Source: Methanobacteriota archaeon (lineage in GTDB: Archaea; Thermoplasmatota; Poseidoniia; Poseidoniales; Thalassarchaeaceae). From it: 64,000 nucleotides of DNA. The notes under the pieces are model-generated. The model did not search any database, was not told the origin of the DNA, and saw nothing but the letters and a program-made list of their open reading frames with translations. Position 1 is the stretch's first letter. Every line of letters starts with the position of its first letter. This document shows, piece by piece, positions 37,237-47,868 of this stretch. Location: assembly GCA_016845365.1 (NCBI GenBank), contig JAERST010000024.1, forward strand, positions 160,461 to 224,460. Direction: 5' to 3'. The position numbers and the translations under genes were made by a program.

Positions 37237-38823
37237 TCAGGCCTCTGCCTCTTCTGGGATGTAGAATAATTCCACACTTCCAGTTCCGAGCGCGACTGGT
37301 TGACCGACGATGATGTTCTCAGTAACACCACGTAGCTCGTCGCGCTCGCCGATTACACCCGCGCGTAGCAGGTGATTGACTGTGACTTCGAAAGCAGACC
37401 GCGCTAGGATACTGTGCTTGGTTCCGCTGACACCGTGTCGTCCGATAGCTCGGACTTCGCCCTCGCTTGTCATTACATCAGCAACGGTTAGCAAGTGGCG
37501 GACATCGACATCGAGACCGGCTCCTTCCAAGGTATCCTTCATCTCATTGATGATTGCTTGACGAGCGGCCTCGACACCAAGATATCCGTAGATTTCGTTG
37601 ATGTTATTGGTGTAAGTTCGACCGCGGTCGACTCCAGCGAACTCGCTGACCTTAGCTAGGTTGGAACCGATAGTTGCGATGTAATACTCGCCAGTGTCTC
37701 GGTTTGGCCCTTGCACATTCGCACGGACGATGTCTGGAAGACCCTTCAAGCGCAATTTCTTCACCTTGTCCTCAAGTTGTAGGAGCGCAGTGTAGGTTGG
37801 AGGGTCGTTTGCGAGTTCAGCAAGGTCATCTTCCTTGGTAACGCCTGGAATGACCTTGAGCACCTTGGGACGGTCCTCGTCATCCGCTTGGATGTAAAGG
37901 CGGAGAGCGCGCGAAAGCTTGTCGCGGACCTCAGCGCCTGTCATCTTCTTGAGGCGTAGATTTGCTCGGTTCAACTCAAGATTGAGGTGACGCTGAGCAA
38001 CATCGACGTCGATTGAAGCGATATCGCGAGTTGTCGTTGTTTCGAGTGAAGCAGCGATCTCCTGAACCTTCTTCTCCTCGGTGCGCAGAGGCTTGCCCTT
38101 TGCATCGGTCTCTTCGAGGTAGACCTTCATCGTCGGAGTCTTTGGGACCTTTCGCGCGTCTACAATCTCGATTACACGAGGTAGACCCTGAGTAACGTTG
38201 ACCGTTGCCACACCAGCATAGTGGAAAGTACGCATGGTCATCTGAGTTCCAGGTTCTCCGATCGATTGAGCGGTGGTGATTCCAACTGCTTCGTGTGGGT
38301 CGACGCGTGAGTAAGTCATGTCAGCAGCGGCGCAGCTGACGACTTTTCGGGCCTCGGCTGCGGTTAGCTTCTTCTTTCCACGGGAGAGCAATCCTTCGAC
38401 GAGGTCGTTGATTGTCTTCGGTGAAATTCTGACGTTCTCTGATACAGCTGCATCCGAGAGACTGATGAACATCGGATTGTGGATGTCGAGGTCGCGGTGG
38501 ATTTGCACCATCTTGTCCTCAGCATCGTATGCCTGTAGAGGCAAGATGCTCTTGGTTCGGCGGCGTGAAGCGGTTGAGCGCTGGCGTCGAATCATTGTCT
38601 TCTCGGCTTTCTTCTCCTTCTGAGCAGCCTTCGTCGATCCTTGGATGACTTCGGTGATGTTCTGAGCCATTCCCGAATCTGTCGCACAGATTTGAGCGAT
38701 CTCGCCCGCTGCGAGAATCTTGACGTCATCCCACTTTCGGTCATCGGCAAGTCGGTGAGCGAATTCCTCAGCGATGCCCAAATCCATGAGCTTCTTCTTG
38801 GTTGCACTCTTGACTACCATCAC
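37237..38823 (-). CDS. rpoA2: DNA-directed RNA polymerase subunit A'' carrying a ~125-aa N-terminal extension (HhH-like domain plus basic linker)
   Basis: The core carries [22 protein letters not shown] and the conserved C-terminal half. The N-terminal [42 protein letters not shown] region is homologous to the rpoH N-terminus. Start overlaps the rpoA1 stop (ATGA). Confidence 0.9.
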   Translation of the reverse strand: MMVVKSATKKKLMDLGIAEEFAHRLADDRKWDDVKILAAGEIAQICATDSGMAQNITEVIQGSTKAAQKEKKAEKTMIRRQRSTASRRRTKSILPLQAYDAEDKMVQIHRDLDIHNPMFISLSDAAVSENVRISPKTINDLVEGLLSRGKKKLTAAEARKVVSCAAADMTYSRVDPHEAVGITTAQSIGEPGTQMTMRTFHYAGVATVNVTQGLPRVIEIVDARKVPKTPTMKVYLEETDAKGKPLRTEEKKVQEIAASLETTTTRDIASIDVDVAQRHLNLELNRANLRLKKMTGAEVRDKLSRALRLYIQADDEDRPKVLKVIPGVTKEDDLAELANDPPTYTALLQLEDKVKKLRLKGLPDIVRANVQGPNRDTGEYYIATIGSNLAKVSEFAGVDRGRTYTNNINEIYGYLGVEAARQAIINEMKDTLEGAGLDVDVRHLLTVADVMTSEGEVRAIGRHGVSGTKHSILARSAFEVTVNHLLRAGVIGERDELRGVTENIIVGQPVALGTGSVELFYIPEEAEA

Positions 38824-41800
38824 TCATCACCCCCTAGAGCGTCATCGAGAACCTTGGTGATGTCGAATGGTAGACCCTTGCGGCTTCGCGCTGGGTCGAT
38901 TCCGTCCTCACCATACTCGAATTGGATGATGCGGTCTGCGGTATTGCGGACCGAGCCATTGCCGTCGTCTGAGACCTTTAGGTCGTCCATTGCGTTGATC
39001 AGACGGCGCTGCATGTATCCCGACTTCGAAGTACGAACCGCTGTATCGACCAGCGACTCACGTCCGGAGACTGAGAGCATGAAGAACTCGGTCGGTTCTA
39101 GTCCCTTCTTGAAGGAGGAAGCGACGAATCCCTTCTCCTCAGCACCCTTTACTCCGCGAGGGAAGTGAGAAAGAACGCGGTCTTGGTAACCGCGTTCGAG
39201 GCGCTTTCCACGAACCTTTGGTTGACCGATTGAACCTGCCATCATCGCGAGGTTATCCATCGAACCACGGGCACCAGAGGTCGCCATGATAACGGCCGAG
39301 TTATCGTCTCCGAGGTATGACTTAGCCACATTTCCGGACTCGGCCTTGGCCGAGTCTAGAATCTGCAGGATGTTCTCCTCGAGGGTTTCTTGTGGGGTTC
39401 GTCCCGGACGAGTTTCGTAGCGTCGTCCGTCATTACCGAACTTTGCTAGTTCTGCATCTACCTCTTGGCTGGCTCGAGCGTTGATCTCAACAATCTCTGC
39501 CTTAGCAGCGAGAGGCAAGTCCTCGTCATCGATTCCTGTTGTGAATCCGCTCGAGGTGCAGATAGCGATGGTCATCTTCGTCATGCGGTTCAGGAATTCT
39601 GCACCTTGGTCTGTGCCGTGAGTCTGGACAACTGCGTCTAGTAGACGGCCGTCCTCAGCTCCGATTCCTCTCTTGTCAATGGTGCCGCTAACTGCGCCAC
39701 CCGATGTGACCTTGACTTCGTCGCCGCTTCGGCTAGTGTATTGCAACTTGAAGCCGGCTGGGACGATTAGGCTGAGAAGGTCGCTGCCGCGGAATCCAAC
39801 GACTCCGTCCTTGCTTGTGACCTCGTCAGGTAGTTCTCCATCCCATCCGACTGAACCCAGAATTTCCATTGCTAGGGCCGTTGGTAGAACACGCTCGCCG
39901 TGAGTCAAAAGGTAGGCTCCTGAGATGTGGTCGTGGATTCCGCCGATGACAGATCCTCCGTATCGCGGTGTGATGATGTGCTCTTGCACGCGCATCAGAA
40001 TCTTGGCTTCAGCGCGTGCTTCTTCGGATTGAATGACGTGAAGGTTCATCTCGTCTCCGTCGAAGTCAGCGTTGTAAGGAGTACAATCTGCTAGATTGAA
40101 GCGGAATGTCTTGCCGGGCATAACGCGGACTTCGTGAACCAACATCGACATGCGGTGAAGCGAAGGTTGTCGGTTGAAGATAGCAACATCACCATCGATT
40201 AGGTGACGCTCGACGATTACACCTGGGCGAGGGTTTCCGTCTCGATCGTATGTCGAAAGGCGGTCCTCAACCTCAGTTCGGTAGGTCTCGCCGTACTCAT
40301 CCTCAATGGACGGACTACCACAGTGAGGGCAGTTCACCTCAAGGTGTTCTGGCAGGTACTCGTCAGGGTTGTTCTGCTCCCAAACCCATCGGTTGTGGAT
40401 GACAGCTCGTGGGTCATCCTCCGCTAGAGGTCGACCGTTCTCATCCTCTCCACGTAGGTTAGCGAGAGTAGTGTCGAGGTCGACCGACCAAACGTCTTCC
40501 AACTCACCCATTGCTGTTCGGCGCATCTGCTTCTTCAGTTCAAGGCCGGGTAGGAAGTTAGGTGCTGGAAGCACCGTGTTTAGGTCAGGGCGGTAGCCAG
40601 CGTATGGTTCGTCATCGCTGCCCGCGTGACACTCAGCATTGAGGCAGCGGAAACCGGCCCAGATGTACTTCGTGCGGTCGGTGATACGAACGCGGAAGTT
40701 GTCTCCACGGATGATGTAGTTAACACCAGGGTGGACGTCTGGTCCGCGTAGAATCATGCGGCGAAGTTGTTCACGGTTCCTGCTAGTAGCGCGGATTGGA
40801 ACCGTGAGTTCCTTTGCAGTTTGTACAGGTACTCCGACCTCGTTGATTCCGAGGTTCGGGTCGGGACTAATCACGGTTCGAGCGCAGAAGTTAACGCGCT
40901 TTCCGGAAAGGTTGCTGCGGAAGCGACCCTCCTTACCCTTGAGACGCTGTGAGAGCGTCTTCAACGGGCGACCAGAGCGGTGTCGAGCAGGTGGGATTCC
41001 GCTCGTCTGATTGTCGAAGTAAGTCGTGACGTGGTACTGCAATAGTTCCCACAAGTCTTCGACGATAAGTTGCGGAGCACCTGCGTCGCGGTTCTCGCGA
41101 AGACGCTGGTTGATTCGAAGTACATCGACCAACTTGTGGGTCAAATCGTCTTCGGATCGGTCGCCACTATCGAGGGTAATCGAAGGGCGAACGGTGATCG
41201 GCGGAACTGGTAGAACCTTCATGATCGACCATTCTGGGCGGCTTGAAGCCGAATCCATTCCGAGGAAAATTAGGTGCTGGTCTGGAATCTTCTCCAACCA
41301 TTCGCGGATATCACGAGCGTTGAGCTTGTGCTCACCCTTGTCAGCCTTCTTTTCCTTGAAGGTGGTTGGCTTGTCGAGCATGATCTTGCCTTGCTCTGAA
41401 CCGCAGTGCATGCAGATTGCACGCTTTGCGCTCGAACATTCCTTCTCGATTTCCTTGATGATCTTCTTGAATTCCGTCGAGCCGACGCCGTGCTTGCGCA
41501 TAACATCGTGAACTCGGTCGCGGTAGTAATCCTGCTCGGACTTCTCTGGGTCCAGAGGGTGGGTGTCGGAGGCACTGTGTAGGAGAATCTGGCTGCACTC
41601 GTTGCAGGTAGACTTCAGTGAGGTCTTGATTAGCGCAGTGAATCCAATGTGCATCACAGGCAATTCAAGGGCGATGTGACCGAAGTGACTCGGGCACTCA
41701 TCGTGCTTGTTTCCGCAGGTTTCACAGCGAATTCCGGGGTCGATAACTCCCATCTTCGGGTCCATCAGACCCTGCTTGTAGGCGTGACCATCGTCCTTGT

Positions 41801-41918
41801 AGGTGTCAGCAGTCTTGACTTCGACAGCGGACATCTTGCGGATCTCGTTTGGATCCATTAGGCTGAATTTGATCGAATCGATCCGCTTTGGGATCTTGGC
41901 TACTCCGCGGGCGCTCAT
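38820..41918 (-). CDS. rpoA1: DNA-directed RNA polymerase subunit A' (1032 aa; contains a ~140-aa lineage-specific insertion)
   Basis: Zinc-binding [27 protein letters not shown] catalytic loop, and [13 protein letters not shown]. The insertion lies between YIIRGDNF and VERHLIDGD (approx. aa 423-565). Confidence 0.95.
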   Translation of the reverse strand: MSARGVAKIPKRIDSIKFSLMDPNEIRKMSAVEVKTADTYKDDGHAYKQGLMDPKMGVIDPGIRCETCGNKHDECPSHFGHIALELPVMHIGFTALIKTSLKSTCNECSQILLHSASDTHPLDPEKSEQDYYRDRVHDVMRKHGVGSTEFKKIIKEIEKECSSAKRAICMHCGSEQGKIMLDKPTTFKEKKADKGEHKLNARDIREWLEKIPDQHLIFLGMDSASSRPEWSIMKVLPVPPITVRPSITLDSGDRSEDDLTHKLVDVLRINQRLRENRDAGAPQLIVEDLWELLQYHVTTYFDNQTSGIPPARHRSGRPLKTLSQRLKGKEGRFRSNLSGKRVNFCARTVISPDPNLGINEVGVPVQTAKELTVPIRATSRNREQLRRMILRGPDVHPGVNYIIRGDNFRVRITDRTKYIWAGFRCLNAECHAGSDDEPYAGYRPDLNTVLPAPNFLPGLELKKQMRRTAMGELEDVWSVDLDTTLANLRGEDENGRPLAEDDPRAVIHNRWVWEQNNPDEYLPEHLEVNCPHCGSPSIEDEYGETYRTEVEDRLSTYDRDGNPRPGVIVERHLIDGDVAIFNRQPSLHRMSMLVHEVRVMPGKTFRFNLADCTPYNADFDGDEMNLHVIQSEEARAEAKILMRVQEHIITPRYGGSVIGGIHDHISGAYLLTHGERVLPTALAMEILGSVGWDGELPDEVTSKDGVVGFRGSDLLSLIVPAGFKLQYTSRSGDEVKVTSGGAVSGTIDKRGIGAEDGRLLDAVVQTHGTDQGAEFLNRMTKMTIAICTSSGFTTGIDDEDLPLAAKAEIVEINARASQEVDAELAKFGNDGRRYETRPGRTPQETLEENILQILDSAKAESGNVAKSYLGDDNSAVIMATSGARGSMDNLAMMAGSIGQPKVRGKRLERGYQDRVLSHFPRGVKGAEEKGFVASSFKKGLEPTEFFMLSVSGRESLVDTAVRTSKSGYMQRRLINAMDDLKVSDDGNGSVRNTADRIIQFEYGEDGIDPARSRKGLPFDITKVLDDALGGDE

Positions 41919-44900
41919 CTTTGGTCCTCCAGCTCAAGTCTCATGGCAACTCCAAGACTCTTCATTTCGTCCAGAAGCAATTTGAAAGCGTAGGAAGTTT
42001 GCACCGAATGCACATCTGCTCGGTCACCACAAACTGGGCACACCGGAGTGCGCCTCTTCCAATCATAGTAAGCGATGTGGCCGCAACCACTGTTGTTACA
42101 GACCATGAGCGGCCAGCCGTCAGACTCGTCCAAGAGACGGTCCTTGATGACCATCGAGGCTCCGTGCGCGATCAAACAATCACGCTCCATCTCACCGAAT
42201 CGCAGACCACCCTGTCGCGCACGACCCTCCGTTGGTTGGCGGGTCAGAATTTGCACGCGACCGCGGCTGCGGGCGTGCAACTTGCTGCTCACCAGGTGGT
42301 GCAATCGCTGGTAGAAGATGACTCCAGTGAAGATTTCAGCTTGGAATGCTTCACCGGTCTCACCGCTAATCATTCCCTCGCGACCGGTGTGGGCGAAGCC
42401 GTTGCGTAGTAGACCAGAGCGAAGCGAATCTTCCTTCTCTCCGCTGAAAGCGGTTCCGTCAATCTTGCGTCCTTCCATCGCTCCGACCTTGCCGCCAATC
42501 ATTTCGAGAACGTGGGCGACGGTCATTCGCGATGGAATCGCGTGTGGGTTGATGATTAGGTCAGGTACTACACCGTCGACGGTGAAAGGCATGTCCTTCT
42601 CGTCGACGAGGCGACCGATGACTCCCTTCTGACCGTGGCGGCTGGCGAACTTGTCGCCGAGTTCTGGAATCTTCTCTGTGCGCAGAGTGATGCGGCAGAG
42701 TAGACCGGAATCGAGGGACTCGGTGACGTAGACATTGTCGACCCAGCCGGCCTCTCCATTTCGAACCATCATCGAAGACTCACGGCGCTCCTGAGCTTGC
42801 AAGAAGTGGCCGTGTGATTCCTCGAGGAAGCGCGGTGGGCTGGTCTTGCCGACTAGTACGCTGGTGTCTCCACCGACGCTTGAGAGGTAGGTCTCAGGTG
42901 TTGGCAGACCATCGCGCTCGAGGTGAGTATAACTCTCCCATGACTTCAGGCCCTTGATTTCGTCAAGGCCTGTGCCTGGGATTTCGATGCGCTCCTCCTG
43001 TCCACCAGGGAAGCGCTTGTTCTCTGCGTTGTAAGTACGGATGAAGGAGGAGCGGGCGAGCGAGCGCTCGACTGCTGCGCGGTTCATGATGACCGCGTCC
43101 TGCATATTGTACCCGTGGTGGCTGAGGATAGCTACTACGAAATTCTGGCCACCAGGGCGCTGTGCGAAGTTCGTCGTCTTCATCGAGCGAGTGCCGACGA
43201 TCGACTGCTGAGGGTAATGCATCACGTGCATGCGTGTGTCCGGGCGCAGTCGGTAATTGGCGGAAGGTAGGCCGAGACTCTGCTTGACCATCGCTGTTCC
43301 ACCAGTAACTCTCGGAGTTGAGTTGTGCTCAGGGTATGGAACCAAGGAAGCACAAACTCCCAGAATCAACTGAGGGTCGATTTCCACGTGCGTGTATACG
43401 AGAATTGTGTTCTGCCTCTTCTGCTTGCGCTTTAGACTGTCAAGGTCCTCTTGGTGATACTTCAATGGGACCTTGAACTCCTCAATCACGGCCTCGCCGT
43501 TTGGCAAATTGACTTCGACCTTGAGATGAGCCTCAGTAATCTGCTCTTCACCCAAGTTGACCCAGTCAACCTTTGCAGGATTGATCGGTCGGTTGTGCTT
43601 AGGCGAATATGGCGGTAGGTCGAATGGACGAGGAGCGATTAGGAGATCCTCTTCTTCCTCAGCGTCGACCCATTCAACGACTCCTTGTGAGACAAGGTCG
43701 TTGAATGTCCACTCTCCAGAGCGCACCGATTCGAGGTGCTGTGCGGAGAGCTTCAAGTCGCCATCTTCGAGGACGAGGAGTGGTCGTAGGATTCGTCCGC
43801 GGTCGGTGTTGATGAAGATATCACGGTTTGCCGAATCGTGGCGAATGCTGACCTCAGGTCGGATTCTGCCTTGGCGGCGGCGGCGCTTGAATTGACTTAC
43901 CAACTTAGCCGCATTCTTGTGAAGTCCGAAGATATCTCCGTTAACGTGGACGCGAGAGCCTTCTGCCCATCCCGATGGGGATGAGTCGACGCCAGCCTCG
44001 CGTAGCAATTCCTTGACGTCTCCTTCGTGGACTTCTTCTGATACGTCGATCATCTGAGCGGCGTTCTTCACTAGTCCACAATTCTGACCTTCAGGAGTCT
44101 CGTTCGGGCACAGTCGACCCCACTGAGTTGGGTGAAGGTCACGAGCCTCGAAGTGAGGTTGACTGCGGACTAGTGGACTGGTCACGCGTCGCATGTGAGA
44201 GAGGGCTGCGAGGTAGGTGGTTCGGTCGAGCAGTTGGCTGACTCCACTGCGTCCGCCGACCCAGTTTCCTGTTGCAAGCGCGTGCATGATTTTCTGAGTT
44301 AGAACGTCAGGGCGAAGGCAAGCGGTGATGCGTAGTTCGCGCTTGCGGTTGTGGTGTCGCTCGAGTTGGTACTTTAGGTCACGAGCGAGTTGTTGTAGAC
44401 TGACTCGGAAGAGGTCCTCGACTAGATCTCCGGCTAGACGGACACGCTTGTTTGCGTAGTGGTCCTTGTCGTTAGGGTCACGGTCAGTGATTGCCATCTC
44501 GAGAACTTGGCGGACGATTCTTCCGAGGAAGATTGCCTTCTTCTCACGGTGCTCCGGAGCTGAGCCAAGGTGAGGGAGAAGTTCCTTGTCGAGGAGATTT
44601 TGGATGCGGGCCTCACGGTACTCTTTCTGCTGGCCCGCAGCGAACTTCTTCTCAAGCCACTGAAGTGCTTCTTCAGAGGTTTCGACATTGTATTCCTCGT
44701 TGTCCTTGACATCGTTTAGGTTAGCAACAGTGTACTTCATCGCCTCTGCAGGTCCAGCGATTGCAGTGAAAATCTCCTTGTCGTTCTCCATACCAAGAGA
44801 GCGCATTAGAAGAACGACTGGAATCGGAGTTGTTCCAGCGCTTGGAATCTTGACCATGAGCATTCCATCACGGCGCTTCTCGATGTTCAGTGGCTTGCGC

Positions 44901-45601
44901 ACACCGTCCTTCTGCGAGAAAATCTTGGCGACTTCTGTCTCGTGAGCGTACTTCTTGTTCTTCTCAACAGTAACTCGGTTTGGAGCGAGGTCTTCCATCG
45001 AGATGAGAACTCGCTCAGTTCCGTTGATGATGAAGTAGCCACCAGGGTCGAGAGGGTCTTCACCGGCGCGGCGAAGCAACTCTGTCAATCGGTCAGCGTC
45101 TTCCGCTGAGGACTGAGGTGTTAGTTTGCGGTCAGCGTCGCCGCAGAGGTGAGAAATGTGATTGGCGTGCAGATTGCACTGGCCTGAGCGGACCATAATC
45201 GGAAGGTTTCCGATGTGGACGCGCTCCTCGATATCCGGAGTTGGCTTGTCGTCGCGGATAATCTTGAAGTCCAAGTGGACTGGTGAGAAATAAGTGAGCT
45301 TTCGAAGGCGACACTCGAGTGGAGTCGCTGGGTGTTCTGCTCCATTGGCCTCCTTGATGGTTGGGCGGCCGAGGTGAATATTCTTCATTCGAATGATGAT
45401 TTCTTTGTCGAGAACGTCGAGTTTGATGATTCCACCATCATCGTCTTCGACGGGCTCGTCGGTTCCGATGCGGATGTTGCGGACGATCTTCTCCATCCGG
45501 CTGAGGTTCCCATCGGTGGATGGGATACAATCGTTATACGATGCAAGTTGGTGATTTACCAGGCTTCTTTGTTGAAAGTAACTCTCTACGATTTCCTTCA
45601 T
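41915..45601 (-). CDS. rpoB: DNA-directed RNA polymerase subunit B, unsplit (1228 aa)
   Basis: Full-length Rpb2 homolog (GDKFASRHGQKGV, C-terminal zinc ribbon CNNSGCGHIAYYDWKRRTPVCPVCG). B' and B'' are fused, as in Thermoplasmata/Crenarchaeota. Confidence 0.95.
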   Translation of the reverse strand: MKEIVESYFQQRSLVNHQLASYNDCIPSTDGNLSRMEKIVRNIRIGTDEPVEDDDGGIIKLDVLDKEIIIRMKNIHLGRPTIKEANGAEHPATPLECRLRKLTYFSPVHLDFKIIRDDKPTPDIEERVHIGNLPIMVRSGQCNLHANHISHLCGDADRKLTPQSSAEDADRLTELLRRAGEDPLDPGGYFIINGTERVLISMEDLAPNRVTVEKNKKYAHETEVAKIFSQKDGVRKPLNIEKRRDGMLMVKIPSAGTTPIPVVLLMRSLGMENDKEIFTAIAGPAEAMKYTVANLNDVKDNEEYNVETSEEALQWLEKKFAAGQQKEYREARIQNLLDKELLPHLGSAPEHREKKAIFLGRIVRQVLEMAITDRDPNDKDHYANKRVRLAGDLVEDLFRVSLQQLARDLKYQLERHHNRKRELRITACLRPDVLTQKIMHALATGNWVGGRSGVSQLLDRTTYLAALSHMRRVTSPLVRSQPHFEARDLHPTQWGRLCPNETPEGQNCGLVKNAAQMIDVSEEVHEGDVKELLREAGVDSSPSGWAEGSRVHVNGDIFGLHKNAAKLVSQFKRRRRQGRIRPEVSIRHDSANRDIFINTDRGRILRPLLVLEDGDLKLSAQHLESVRSGEWTFNDLVSQGVVEWVDAEEEEDLLIAPRPFDLPPYSPKHNRPINPAKVDWVNLGEEQITEAHLKVEVNLPNGEAVIEEFKVPLKYHQEDLDSLKRKQKRQNTILVYTHVEIDPQLILGVCASLVPYPEHNSTPRVTGGTAMVKQSLGLPSANYRLRPDTRMHVMHYPQQSIVGTRSMKTTNFAQRPGGQNFVVAILSHHGYNMQDAVIMNRAAVERSLARSSFIRTYNAENKRFPGGQEERIEIPGTGLDEIKGLKSWESYTHLERDGLPTPETYLSSVGGDTSVLVGKTSPPRFLEESHGHFLQAQERRESSMMVRNGEAGWVDNVYVTESLDSGLLCRITLRTEKIPELGDKFASRHGQKGVIGRLVDEKDMPFTVDGVVPDLIINPHAIPSRMTVAHVLEMIGGKVGAMEGRKIDGTAFSGEKEDSLRSGLLRNGFAHTGREGMISGETGEAFQAEIFTGVIFYQRLHHLVSSKLHARSRGRVQILTRQPTEGRARQGGLRFGEMERDCLIAHGASMVIKDRLLDESDGWPLMVCNNSGCGHIAYYDWKRRTPVCPVCGDRADVHSVQTSYAFKLLLDEMKSLGVAMRLELEDQR

Positions 45602-45613
45602 GATACCAACTCC

Positions 45614-46201
45614 TCAAGCGCTCTCCACTATCAATCGGTAAGCGGTGCTCGACCCAGCAGCTCTGCTGTATCGTACGACTCGAACGACCCTATTGGTCAA
45701 CCATCCAGCAGGAAGGTCGTCGGCTTCTGCCTCGACCTGCTCCTTGATCGCTTGGACCGCAGGGTCGGTGATGAGAATCTTGGGTAGTAATTCCTTGGCG
45801 ATACGAGTGCCGCCTTCATCGTCTGGGACTTCGAGGCCCCATGGGGCAAGAGATGATGCTTCGGAATCAACATCGACCAACTCATGGTGAGGGACCAAGA
45901 TGTGGTTGAGGACGTTGAATCGGTCATCGCCTTGAGGAATGTCATCGAGCTCAAGGGCCTTTCGTGAAATCGTGATTCGGCCTGAGCGGCTTCGGCGACG
46001 GGAAGTGTTGTGTTCCCTGATGATTGACATGATACTCTCGAGTGTTGCATCACTGCTTGAGAGGCCGGTCTTCTCTGCGACCTCTTCGACTGTCATTCTC
46101 TTGATTGCATCCATATTTGCGTCGTCGGCGAGCTTGTGAGCATGCTCCGTTGCAATACCCAACTCGACGAGACGCTTCTTGGTTGAACTCTTCACTGCCA
46201 T
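45614..46201 (-). CDS. rpoH: DNA-directed RNA polymerase subunit H (Rpb5 C-domain homolog) with ~90-aa N-terminal HhH-like extension
   Basis: The C-terminal FNVLNHILVPHHELV...ITDPAVQAIK...VVRVVRYSRAAGSSTAYRLIV is the RpoH fold. The N-terminal MAVKSSTKKRLVELGIATEHAHKLADD is homologous to the rpoA2 N-terminus. Lies upstream of rpoB as in the canonical operon. Confidence 0.8.
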   Translation of the reverse strand: MAVKSSTKKRLVELGIATEHAHKLADDANMDAIKRMTVEEVAEKTGLSSSDATLESIMSIIREHNTSRRRSRSGRITISRKALELDDIPQGDDRFNVLNHILVPHHELVDVDSEASSLAPWGLEVPDDEGGTRIAKELLPKILITDPAVQAIKEQVEAEADDLPAGWLTNRVVRVVRYSRAAGSSTAYRLIVESA

Positions 46202-46252
46202 TTTGCGCCGCCCCCGGACCCAGAAAAACCGCAAGCCTGCGGCTTAGTCAGG

Positions 46253-46326
46253 CGGGCCTGGAGGGATTCGAACCCCCGGCCACCGGATTAAAAGCCCGGC
46301 GCTCTACCTGACTAAGCTACAGGCCC
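46253..46326 (-). tRNA. tRNA-Lys (anticodon UUU)
   Basis: Manual fold of the reverse complement: acceptor GGGCCUG/CAGGCCC, T-arm GGGGG-UUCGAAU-CCCUC, anticodon stem CCGGG/UCCGG with loop CUUUUAA. Lies immediately upstream of rpoH. Confidence 0.8.
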
Positions 46327-46491
46327 ATGGCTGATGCTGGGCTATCCGCCGACCGAGGGGGTGTTTAAGAAAGTGACGGTCTATGCGTAGCATAGGCACG
46401 GCTGGACCGGTTGCCCTCCTCGGGGGGCGGGAGAACTAATCCCAAGTCTAGGCATGCATGAATAAAGGTTTGCGAAATCTGAGGGAATTGA

Positions 46492-47868
46492 ATGGGATTT
46501 GACGAAATCGAAAGAGAGGTTGAGTTCTCAGCCACCTCCAATAGTCGATTGGTCCAATTCGAAATCGCTGCCGACAAATCGGTTGAGTTAATCGTTCCAC
46601 CAACGGTTTACCCCCCACGCCGAGATACGAAATTGATGTTGGCCGCACTTGGCAAATTGACTTGCGAACCGGGCCACTTAGTTGAGATTGGAACCGGCTC
46701 GGGAGCCATCGCAATCGCGATGGCGAAACGAGGCTGGGATGTCTCAGCCTTTGACGTCAATCCCCTCGCTGTCGCAGCAGCCCGTGGCAATGCGGAGCAG
46801 CAGGGTGTGAGTGAACGGATCACAGTGGAGGAGGGTGGTGTAGGCGAAGAGAGGTGGGCAATTCCACGAGAGGCTGAACTCGTCATCTGGAACTTACCAT
46901 ACCTCGAACCTGCTCTTGGCGATGAATCTCCGCTGGGTCCGATGGAGGAGGCAGCCCTTGGCGACGAGATAGGCTCGAATTGGTCGCTAAGTTTGCTGAA
47001 CTCGATTGACGCGCGACAATTCGACTCGAGGTTATTCGTTCTGCTTTTCCGCATCGACCCTACCAGCCCTAGTCGGCCCCGAGATTGGATTGAAGCTGGC
47101 TGGGCTTCTCGGTCGCTGGCGAAAGAGAGAATTGGAGACGATACCCTCGAAGCCGTTGCCTTTTGGAGACCAGATTCCGGGCGGCCTGCGCTATTCATCG
47201 AAGAGTGTGAATCGACGATGGATGCCGCACGAAATCTCTCTGGCGAAGGTTGGTTGAGAGTTCGTGCGGGATTCCAATCCGCAGGCCGAGGTCGCCGCGA
47301 TTCAACATGGGCCTCTAACGCAGAAGATATGACCGCGACCTGGAGCCTTGATGCGAGCGTTCTCGAACGTCATCCGCCCGGCTTGCTGCAGACCGCGGTG
47401 GGAGCCAGAATTGCCGACATTCTCGGAATGCAAATGAAGTGGCCAAATGACTTGCTTATCGAGCGGCGAAAGGCTGGCGGAATTCTGGTCGAATCTAGTT
47501 CGTTAGATGGAAGAGTAAGAATTGGCGTTGGACTAAATCGTAACCCTGGGGAATTGGAATCTGAAGCAACCGCAGGCTGGTCAGAAACTATTGGTGAAGT
47601 AGAGGCCAGCGAGGTCTTTGCTCAGATAGATTCCTCGATGGCCTCTCTCTTCGATCCATCACCACCAATCCCTCAGTCGAAATCGTCCGATTTGTGCCGA
47701 GATTCATGGCGGGTGATGGCCCAATCTATCTCGCGAGGAATTGTCTGCGCGCGAGGAGATAATCCTGTGCAAATCGTTGGATTGCAAGAGACCGGAACGT
47801 TGCGCTTGATCGAGAGTGAGCATCTGCTCGACCTCGATGAGGTCGGAAGCGTAGTCATCTCTTTCTGA
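46492..47868 (+). CDS. birA: Fusion protein: HemK/Mtq2-like SAM-dependent methyltransferase (N-terminal) + biotin--protein ligase BirA catalytic domain (C-terminal)
   Basis: N-terminal EIGTGSGAIAIAMAKRGWDVSAFDVNPLAVAAAR (SAM motif I) and NLPYLE (NPPY-like motif IV). C-terminal GRGRRDSTW (BPL GRGRxGRxW motif) and KWPNDLLIERRKAGGILVE. Confidence 0.75.
   Translation: MGFDEIEREVEFSATSNSRLVQFEIAADKSVELIVPPTVYPPRRDTKLMLAALGKLTCEPGHLVEIGTGSGAIAIAMAKRGWDVSAFDVNPLAVAAARGNAEQQGVSERITVEEGGVGEERWAIPREAELVIWNLPYLEPALGDESPLGPMEEAALGDEIGSNWSLSLLNSIDARQFDSRLFVLLFRIDPTSPSRPRDWIEAGWASRSLAKERIGDDTLEAVAFWRPDSGRPALFIEECESTMDAARNLSGEGWLRVRAGFQSAGRGRRDSTWASNAEDMTATWSLDASVLERHPPGLLQTAVGARIADILGMQMKWPNDLLIERRKAGGILVESSSLDGRVRIGVGLNRNPGELESEATAGWSETIGEVEASEVFAQIDSSMASLFDPSPPIPQSKSSDLCRDSWRVMAQSISRGIVCARGDNPVQIVGLQETGTLRLIESEHLLDLDEVGSVVISF

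Noticed and set aside
42075-45345. Multiple 60-170-aa ORFs on both strands inside rpoB
   Set aside because: Internal to a highly conserved 1228-aa gene. Artefacts of GC-rich sequence.
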